DNA from: Thermoproteota archaeon
Lineage (GTDB): Archaea; Korarchaeota; Korarchaeia; B14-G2
Assembly: GCA_037917675.1 (NCBI GenBank)
Contig: JAVCBW010000034.1
Coordinates: 1-64,000, forward strand
DNA: 64,000 nucleotides
Reading direction: 5' to 3'
Below are positions 57,672 to 64,000 of this stretch, piece by piece. Numbering within the stretch: the stretch's first letter is position 1; every line of letters starts with the position of its first letter. The notes below the pieces were generated by a model. That model saw only the letters and a program-made list of their open reading frames with translations. It was not told the DNA's origin and ran no database searches. The translations under genes were made by a program, and so were the position numbers.

Positions 57672-59807
57672 GTGCTCATGAGGATGCTGAAGCTTAGGGT
57701 CGCTGAAGCTAGGCCTGAAGACGTCTATAGGAAGCTTGCCAGGCTAAGCCACAAGTCTATGGTTGAGCTCAATGCTGCCAACGGCGACTTCATCGAGCTA
57801 TCCTCACCTAGGGGCGCTGTAGTATGCCAGGCTTGGCATGACCCTGAGGATGAGAGCTCTGACCTAATCAGAGTCGATGGGCATGTGAGGCAGCAGGCTG
57901 GAGTCCGCTTAGGAGAGCATATATCAGTCAGGAAGGTAGATGTCCCTCCTGCCTCAAGGGTCGTGCTAGCTCCAGTCGATCAGGTTGGCTTCGACCTTGA
58001 GCTGGTAAGCTACCTTAAGAAGCAGCTCCTAGGCAGGCCTCTCTCACGTGGCGAGCTCATAGTCATACCTGTATTAGCAGCTGAGCTCAGGTTCCTCGTT
58101 GTCTCAGCACACCCATCTCACACTGTCTACGTAGCAAGCGAGACGAGGCTAGTGATCCGTGGAGCTCCAGCTGAAGCTGTGAGAGGCATCCCAAGGGTCA
58201 CATGGGAGGACATAGGTGGCTTGGAGGAGGCTAAGGCGAAGATAAGGGAGGTCGTTGAGCTACCCATAAGGTACCCTGAGCTCTTCAGACACCTTGGTAT
58301 AGAGCCTCCTAAGGGTGTGCTCCTCTATGGGCCACCTGGCACAGGGAAGACCCTGCTAGCTAAGGCTCTAGCGAACGAGGTTGGAGCATACTTCATATCC
58401 ATCAATGGCCCAGAGATCATGAGCAAGTTCTATGGTGAGTCTGAGGCCAGGCTCAGGGAGATATTTAGGGAAGCAGAGGAGAACGCGCCCTCAATAGTCT
58501 TCATAGACGAGATAGACGCCATAGCTCCTAGAAGAGAGGATGTCACAGGTGAGCTTGAGAAGAGAGTTGTAGCTCAGCTTCTAGCTCTCATGGATGGCTT
58601 GAAGGAGAGAGGGAGAGTCATTGTGATAGCTGCTACAAACAGGGTCAGTGGAGTAGACCCTGCACTAAGGAGGCCAGGTAGGTTCGATAGAGAGATAGAG
58701 ACCCACCTACCAGATAGGAGGGAGAGGCTTGAGATACTCAAGATACACACCAGGAGCATGCCTCTAGCCCCATCTGTCAGGCTGGATGAGATAGCTGAGG
58801 CTACACACGGCTACACTGGAGCAGACCTAGCTGCGCTAGCTAGAGAGGCTGCCATGAACGCTCTAAGGAGGGTTCTCCCAGGAACTGACCTCAGCTCCCT
58901 CAAGGTCACAAGAGAGCTTCTCAGCAAGCTCAAGGTTGAGATGCAGGACTTCCTTGAGGCAATGAAGCACATCCAGCCAACCCTGCTGAGAGAGGTCTAT
59001 GTTGAGGTGCCTGAAGTCCACTGGAGCGACATAGGCGGGCTAAGGTCTGTCAAGCAGGTCTTAAAAGAGTCTGTTGAAGCCCCACTAAGGTACCCTGAGG
59101 TCTTCAAGGAGATGGGTATAGAGCCTCCCAGGGGAATACTCCTCTATGGGCCACCTGGCTGCGGGAAGACCCTGCTAGCTAAGGCTGTGGCAACAGAGAG
59201 TAGGGCAAACTTCATATGCATTAGGGGCCCAGAGCTGCTGAGCAAGTGGGTAGGTGAGTCTGAGAAGGCTGTGAGAGAGGTCTTCAGGAGGGCAAGGCAG
59301 GTAGCGCCATGTGTCGTGTTCTTCGATGAGATAGATGCCATAGCTCCAGCTAGGGGGAGCTCAGACTCATCTGGCGTCACAGACAGGGTTGTCAACCAGC
59401 TTCTCACAGAGATGGATGGCATAGTCCCACTGCAGAACGTCATAGTCTTGGCAGCAACCAACAAGCCTGAGGTGCTTGACCAGGCTCTCCTCAGGCCAGG
59501 GAGGCTTGAGAAGATCCTCTATGTGCCTCCACCAGACATAGAGGCTAGAATAGAGATATTCCAGATACACACCCGGAGGATGCCTCTAGCTGAGGACATA
59601 GACTTCAAAAAGCTAGCAGAGATGACCGAGGGATACACAGGTGCAGACATAGCTGCAGTGTGTAGAGAGGCTGCGATGATAGCTATAAGAGGAGAATACA
59701 AGCTTAAACCTGTGGAGATGGAGCATTTCACCCAGGCGATAAGGGTGGTTCCTCCATCTCTCAGCAGCAAGCCATGGCTCCAGCAGCAAGCATGCAGCCA
59801 GCTCTAA
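57672..59807 (+). CDS. cdc48: CDC48/VCP-family AAA+ ATPase
   Basis: N-domain; two AAA modules GPPGTGKT and [14 protein letters not shown] and [15 protein letters not shown]. Confidence 0.95.
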   Translation: MLMRMLKLRVAEARPEDVYRKLARLSHKSMVELNAANGDFIELSSPRGAVVCQAWHDPEDESSDLIRVDGHVRQQAGVRLGEHISVRKVDVPPASRVVLAPVDQVGFDLELVSYLKKQLLGRPLSRGELIVIPVLAAELRFLVVSAHPSHTVYVASETRLVIRGAPAEAVRGIPRVTWEDIGGLEEAKAKIREVVELPIRYPELFRHLGIEPPKGVLLYGPPGTGKTLLAKALANEVGAYFISINGPEIMSKFYGESEARLREIFREAEENAPSIVFIDEIDAIAPRREDVTGELEKRVVAQLLALMDGLKERGRVIVIAATNRVSGVDPALRRPGRFDREIETHLPDRRERLEILKIHTRSMPLAPSVRLDEIAEATHGYTGADLAALAREAAMNALRRVLPGTDLSSLKVTRELLSKLKVEMQDFLEAMKHIQPTLLREVYVEVPEVHWSDIGGLRSVKQVLKESVEAPLRYPEVFKEMGIEPPRGILLYGPPGCGKTLLAKAVATESRANFICIRGPELLSKWVGESEKAVREVFRRARQVAPCVVFFDEIDAIAPARGSSDSSGVTDRVVNQLLTEMDGIVPLQNVIVLAATNKPEVLDQALLRPGRLEKILYVPPPDIEARIEIFQIHTRRMPLAEDIDFKKLAEMTEGYTGADIAAVCREAAMIAIRGEYKLKPVEMEHFTQAIRVVPPSLSSKPWLQQQACSQL

Positions 59808-59921
59808 AGCCGGTCGCGTAGCTGATGCTGGGTGTGCTGCTGAGGCATCTAGCACCAACTGGGCTAACTCGAGGAAAAATTTAATTTAAGTCCTGCTGCC
59901 CCTGCATGATGGTGTCCTCCT

Positions 59922-60014
59922 TTGAAGCATACCCTCCTAGCTTTGCTGCATGCCACTCTCCTAGAGGGCTCTACTGCCATAGCTACCCTGCTCCTCAGGA
60001 AGGCTAGAGGATGA
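59922..60014 (+). CDS. Putative 30-aa hydrophobic peptide (MKHTLLALLHATLLEGSTAIATLLLRKARG)
   Basis: TTG start after GGTG RBS and an AT-rich promoter at about 59873-59890; stop 4 nt before the next ATG. Confidence 0.4.
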   Translation: MKHTLLALLHATLLEGSTAIATLLLRKARG

Positions 60015-60018
60015 CACC

Positions 60019-60654
60019 ATGATACCTACTATCCTCAAGCTAACTGTAGCATCAGAGGCTATAGCCTCTCTGCTCAGCTTTCTGATAGGGTACTATGCTC
60101 TCAGAGCATATAAGGTCACTGAGCTGAAGGGGATGCTCTACCTGAATGTAGGCTTCACCCTGCTTGGAGCTGGCATGCTATTCAGAGCTCTGTCAAGCAT
60201 ATACATCCTGACCCTCGCATCGAGGGGTGCTGCTGCAGCTGCCAGAGCTGCAATCAGAGTTACGTCAATAGCCTACATGGCTGTCAAGCTGGCAGCATAT
60301 GCTATGCTCGCAACCATGTATAGCAGGCAGCCTAAAGCCTCTAGCGTCTCCATGTCAGCTCTCATCTTCCAGCCTAGAAGGCAGGTAGCTGCCCTAGTCT
60401 ACAACATCTATCTTGAGCTAGCTGCCATACCAGTGCTCACATATATCTCAGCTCAATCTCTGATGAACTTCCTCTACTCTAGAAGCAGGGAGAGCCTACT
60501 GGTCACCATTGGGTTCACGCTGCTGCTAGCAAGCCACGTGCTTGCCCTGCTCATCCCTCTAGCAGCAGCATTCTATATGCTATCAGTTCTAGCTCAGCTC
60601 TCAGCTCTAGTCTCCATGCTAGCTATGCTCCTGGCGGTGAGATCCAGTGGCTAA
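60019..60654 (+). CDS. Multi-pass (6-7 TM) membrane protein
   Basis: Hydrophobic repeats GFTLLG/GFTLLL; overlaps the downstream regulator. Confidence 0.75.
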   Translation: MIPTILKLTVASEAIASLLSFLIGYYALRAYKVTELKGMLYLNVGFTLLGAGMLFRALSSIYILTLASRGAAAAARAAIRVTSIAYMAVKLAAYAMLATMYSRQPKASSVSMSALIFQPRRQVAALVYNIYLELAAIPVLTYISAQSLMNFLYSRSRESLLVTIGFTLLLASHVLALLIPLAAAFYMLSVLAQLSALVSMLAMLLAVRSSG

Positions 60655-60922
60655 GAAGTACAGGTCTAGGATGCAGATATATGCTGACATACTAGCTGAA
60701 CTAGAGCATGGGGAAGCTTCAATAACTCAGCTACTCTATAGAGCAAACCTATCTCATGCAAGGCTAGTCAAGTACCTCAATAGCCTAGTGGACTCAGGGC
60801 TAGTGAGGAAGCTGGAGTCAGAGGGTGCTGTCAGATATGTGCTCACATCCAAGGGGCTAAAGTTCCTACAGGAGTATAGGAGGTTCATCAAGTTTGCTAA
60901 GGCCTTTGGGATCGAAGTTTAG
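60647..60922 (+). CDS. Archaeal winged-HTH transcriptional regulator
   Basis: RSRMQIYADIL, ANLS, YVLTSKG. Confidence 0.88.
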   Translation: MAKKYRSRMQIYADILAELEHGEASITQLLYRANLSHARLVKYLNSLVDSGLVRKLESEGAVRYVLTSKGLKFLQEYRRFIKFAKAFGIEV

Positions 60923-61064
60923 CCTGAGAGGCTGCTGCCTCTAGGTCTATAGCATGCCTAGCTCCGCCTTCCTGCTCTCCTTGGTGAGGCGGCTACGCTA
61001 GCAGGAGCCTAGCAGCATCCTCCACTGGTCTAGAGGCTGCTTCTACAGCTTGATCTGGGAGATC

Positions 61065-61838
61065 CTAGACGCCAACCCTGATAGCTCCCTCTCCCTTAGC
61101 TATACTGAAGCTCACCCACTTAGTGAGGTGTCTGACGCCACTCATCCTCCTCACTCTAACCTGCTTAGATAAGATCCCCATCTTCATGGCATTTGGGTCG
61201 AATCTCAAGTCTATTATGCCATCTGTGAAGCACTCCATTATGCTCCTGTAGTTGTCGAATACTCCGAAGTGCATCGTGTAGAAGACTGGGACTATCAGCC
61301 CCTTACAGAGGTCTGCTCTCAGCTCCTTCATGGACTCAAGCAGGACAGCAGGGTCTACTCTCGTTAGGAACTCTGTGATGGAGTCTAAGACGACGGCTCC
61401 CCTCTCAGCCATCCCCCTGCTTTCAGCTTCAGCTATGACAGCTCTCCAGACATCCTCTGGCCTCCCCGGCTTGCTCAGGTAGACTGTGTTACCTGATATA
61501 GCTTCCCTGAGCCTGCTTACTGAGGGGCTGAGCTTCACCTCTCTTAGCCTCTCCTCTATCCTATAGGAGAAGCAGTCTAGGAGTACAAGCCCTCCCTCCA
61601 GAGACCTAGCTAGGTCAAAGCCTAGTGCAAGGATCCTCTGGGCAGCTGAGAGCGCTGTGTCTTCCATGCAGACCATGATAGCTGGCTCACCTCGCTGTGT
61701 GAACCTGTAAGCGATCTCTGTCACGATCGCACTCTTCCCTGTACCCGGCTCCCCCTCAACTGATATCAGGGAGCTTCTCAAGACCCCCTCTGGGAGGAGC
61801 TCATCTAGCACAGAGACTCCAAGCTTGACAGCTTGCAT
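61065..61838 (-). CDS. KaiC/RAD55-family RecA-superfamily ATPase
   Basis: GVSVLDELLPEG, GEPGTGKS, LDSI, DGIIDL; start at ATG 61838. Confidence 0.88.
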   Translation of the reverse strand: MQAVKLGVSVLDELLPEGVLRSSLISVEGEPGTGKSAIVTEIAYRFTQRGEPAIMVCMEDTALSAAQRILALGFDLARSLEGGLVLLDCFSYRIEERLREVKLSPSVSRLREAISGNTVYLSKPGRPEDVWRAVIAEAESRGMAERGAVVLDSITEFLTRVDPAVLLESMKELRADLCKGLIVPVFYTMHFGVFDNYRSIMECFTDGIIDLRFDPNAMKMGILSKQVRVRRMSGVRHLTKWVSFSIAKGEGAIRVGV

Positions 61839-61839
61839 G

Positions 61840-62007
61840 CTACCTCTTCCTGACCATCTTGCTTCCACACCTAGGGCAGCTCACTGTATAGCATGGAACC
61901 CCACGCTCATGTGGAACCGTATACCCACAGCTTGGGCAGATACACTCTCCACCAGGCCCAAGCCCATAGCCTCCCATCCTGCCTCTACGCCTACCCCACC
62001 CAGCCAA
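61840..62007 (-). CDS. Small double zinc-ribbon protein (55 aa, absent from the ORF track)
   Basis: MAGWGRRRGRMGGYGLGPGGECICPSCGYTVPHERGVPCYTVSCPRCGSKMVRKR; AGGTGG RBS; stop 1 nt before the ATPase ATG. Confidence 0.85.
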   Translation of the reverse strand: MAGWGRRRGRMGGYGLGPGGECICPSCGYTVPHERGVPCYTVSCPRCGSKMVRKR

Positions 62008-62024
62008 GCTGCCACCTGAAGCTG

Positions 62025-62354
62025 CTAGGCATACATCAGGAGCTCAACAGCCTCCCTTTTACCCTTCCTCTCTCTAGCCCAGTCTCTGACGAGCCAGTCG
62101 ATGAGCTCCTCAAGCCACCTCCTACAGTCGTCCTCCTCAAGGCACTCCCTAAGCTTGCTCTCGAGCTCACTGCATAGCTCAGGGTCATCTGGGTCGCTGA
62201 CATAGCCTACAGGCGTCATATGGCGGCCAAGCTCCCTGACAAGATAGTAGTCAAGCTCCTCTCTCTCCTGATCACTCAACTCCCCGATGGCTCTCTCAAT
62301 GGCCATGTCAATGATACCCTTAATCAATCTGAGTGCATGTCTACTCAATCTCAC
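62025..62354 (-). CDS. Hypothetical acidic protein
   Basis: 109-aa ORF with AGGTG RBS and TTTAAG box; first gene of the operon. Confidence 0.7.
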   Translation of the reverse strand: MRLSRHALRLIKGIIDMAIERAIGELSDQEREELDYYLVRELGRHMTPVGYVSDPDDPELCSELESKLRECLEEDDCRRWLEELIDWLVRDWARERKGKREAVELLMYA

Positions 62355-62488
62355 ACCTAGCTTCTAGCTGCCATAGGATATCTTAAATCTTGCCTACGTG
62401 GAGGCCATAGCTCAGAGCAGGTTACAGGCATCCGTGTATGCCACCAAAGCTTTAAATCTCATGACTGAAGCCTCCTAGTGGTGTCTAG

Positions 62489-63214
62489 ATGGCTGTACTT
62501 GAGGTCTCAGAGCTTACAGTCGAGGTCGGTGGCCGCACTGTAGTAGAGGACGTGAGCTTCAGGGTTAGAGGCGGAGAACTCCATGTCCTGCTAGGCCCAA
62601 ATGGGAGTGGTAAGACTTCCATAATAAACGCCATAATAGGGATCCCAGGCTACAGGGTTGTTAAGGGATCTATTAAGCTGGATGGGGTAGACGTAGCCAG
62701 AATGCCTATAGATGAGAGAGCTAAGCTAGGTATCGGAGTCATGTTCCAGAGGCCACCTAGCATAAGAGGAGTGAAGCTAGGTGAGCTAGCTGCCAGAGTG
62801 GCTCAGATACATGGCAGCAGCCCTCCTAGCATAGACCTGAACATATCTAGCTTGCTAGGTAGAGAGCTCAACATAGGCTTCAGTGGAGGAGAGGTGAAGA
62901 GAAGCGAGCTCTACCTGCTGCTCTCTCAGAGGCCTAAGATAGCGCTGCTAGATGAGCCTGACAGCGGAGTAGACGTGGAGAACCTTGCTCTCATAGGTAA
63001 GGCTATAAATAGCCTCCTGGAAGCTGGAGCTGGAGTCCTCGTGGTAACACACCTAGGCTACATAATGAGGCACATCACAACGAAGACGAAGGCCTATGTC
63101 CTAATAGATGGCAGGATAACATGCACAGGAGACCCAGACAAGATCCTAAGCGACATCTTGAAGAAGGGATTCGACTGGTGCCGTGAGTGTGAGGCTCCAC
63201 TAGAGAACTGCTGA
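62489..63214 (+). CDS. sufC: Fe-S assembly ATPase SufC (SmsC)
   Basis: GPNGSGKT, FQRPP, LNIGFSGGEVKR, DEPDSGVD, C-terminal CxxC. Confidence 0.93.
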   Translation: MAVLEVSELTVEVGGRTVVEDVSFRVRGGELHVLLGPNGSGKTSIINAIIGIPGYRVVKGSIKLDGVDVARMPIDERAKLGIGVMFQRPPSIRGVKLGELAARVAQIHGSSPPSIDLNISSLLGRELNIGFSGGEVKRSELYLLLSQRPKIALLDEPDSGVDVENLALIGKAINSLLEAGAGVLVVTHLGYIMRHITTKTKAYVLIDGRITCTGDPDKILSDILKKGFDWCRECEAPLENC

Positions 63215-63223
63215 GGCGAAACC

Positions 63224-64000
63224 TTGATAGCTGAGAGAGCGAGGAAGGCCTTAGATAAGCCCTCTAAGTATGGCCCTGACATAGACCTAAAGTCACTTGA
63301 GATACCAAAGGGAGCCATAGACATCCGGTCAAGAGAGGAGGTGGCAGAAGAGTACTCAAGGGAAGCAGAGAAGGTTGGAGTAGACCTGAGACGGAGAGGA
63401 GGATACGTCCAGGTAGATGAGAGGGTGGTCTTCAAGCTCACAAGAGACTGGATGAAGAAGCATGGTGTGCTCCTCATGAGCATGAGGGAAGCCATAGAGG
63501 AGCTCAGCTGGGCTAAAGACTACTACTGGAAGGCTGTTCCAGTAGACGCTGACAAGTATACTGCTACAGTAGAGCTCGCGGAGGCACAGGGCTACTTCAT
63601 CTACGTCCCTCCAGGTATCAGAGTAAAGGCCCCAGTGCAGACTTGCCTCCTCCTATATAGGAGTGGCATAGCTCAGCCAGTACATAACATAGTAGTTGTG
63701 GAGGAGGGTAGTGAGCTCCACCTGCTGACAGGCTGTGCGTCAGCAGCACATGAGGGGGCGCATCTCAGCGTCTCAGAGTTCTATGTCAAGAGGAATGCGA
63801 AGCTGACCTTCACCATGATACACAGCTGGTCAACAGGCTTAGATGTGAGGCCTAGGACAGGAGTGGTCATAGAGGAGGGTGGAGAGTACATAAGCACCTA
63901 CCTGACACTAGCTCCAGTACGCTCACTTCAGTCCTATCCTATAGCATATCTGAAAGCTGATGCCAAGTGTAGGATGAACACGATCATAGTGGCCAAGGAG
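63224..64000 (+). CDS. sufB: SufB/SufD-family (SmsB) scaffold, 3'-truncated by window edge
   Basis: YGPDIDL, WKAVPVDADKYTA, PVQTCL, HNIVVVEEG, TGC, SEFYVK, MIHSW. Confidence 0.9.
   Translation, partial: MIAERARKALDKPSKYGPDIDLKSLEIPKGAIDIRSREEVAEEYSREAEKVGVDLRRRGGYVQVDERVVFKLTRDWMKKHGVLLMSMREAIEELSWAKDYYWKAVPVDADKYTATVELAEAQGYFIYVPPGIRVKAPVQTCLLLYRSGIAQPVHNIVVVEEGSELHLLTGCASAAHEGAHLSVSEFYVKRNAKLTFTMIHSWSTGLDVRPRTGVVIEEGGEYISTYLTLAPVRSLQSYPIAYLKADAKCRMNTIIVAKE

Noticed and set aside
17-63495. Many long antisense or alternate-frame ORFs in the track (e.g. 17-532, 1552-2226, 9836-10351, 45727-46284)
   Set aside because: They are shadows of well-supported genes, Ser/Leu/Ala-rich with no motifs, and are explained by codon bias.

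Overview
A gene-dense archaeal chromosome segment. The evidence is FEN1, Trm14, ThiI, a GPN GTPase, CDC48, HdrABC/MvhD, AOR, TATA-type promoters and an archaeal tRNA. A thermophilic anaerobe of the Thermoproteota is plausible, but that is inference. It encodes mostly housekeeping and anaerobic-metabolism genes and has a strong AGCT/CTAG-rich, CG-poor signature. Main observations: (1) a histidine-centred locus with hutU, an insertion-bearing hutH, tRNA-His(GUG) carrying a 13-nt T-loop intron, and an insertion-bearing HisRS translationally coupled to a degenerate EF-1alpha-like GTPase; (2) a 5.8-kb compositionally foreign Liv-type ABC transporter/isomerase island bounded by a perfect 170-bp direct repeat, with no recombinase; (3) several intergenic stretches that fold by eye into strand-specific RNA structures, the best just upstream of coaBC; (4) several frameshifted or decayed genes, and small ORFs missed by the ORF track. 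No CRISPR array, rRNA or transposase was seen. All calls come from reading motifs by eye; no database searches were run.
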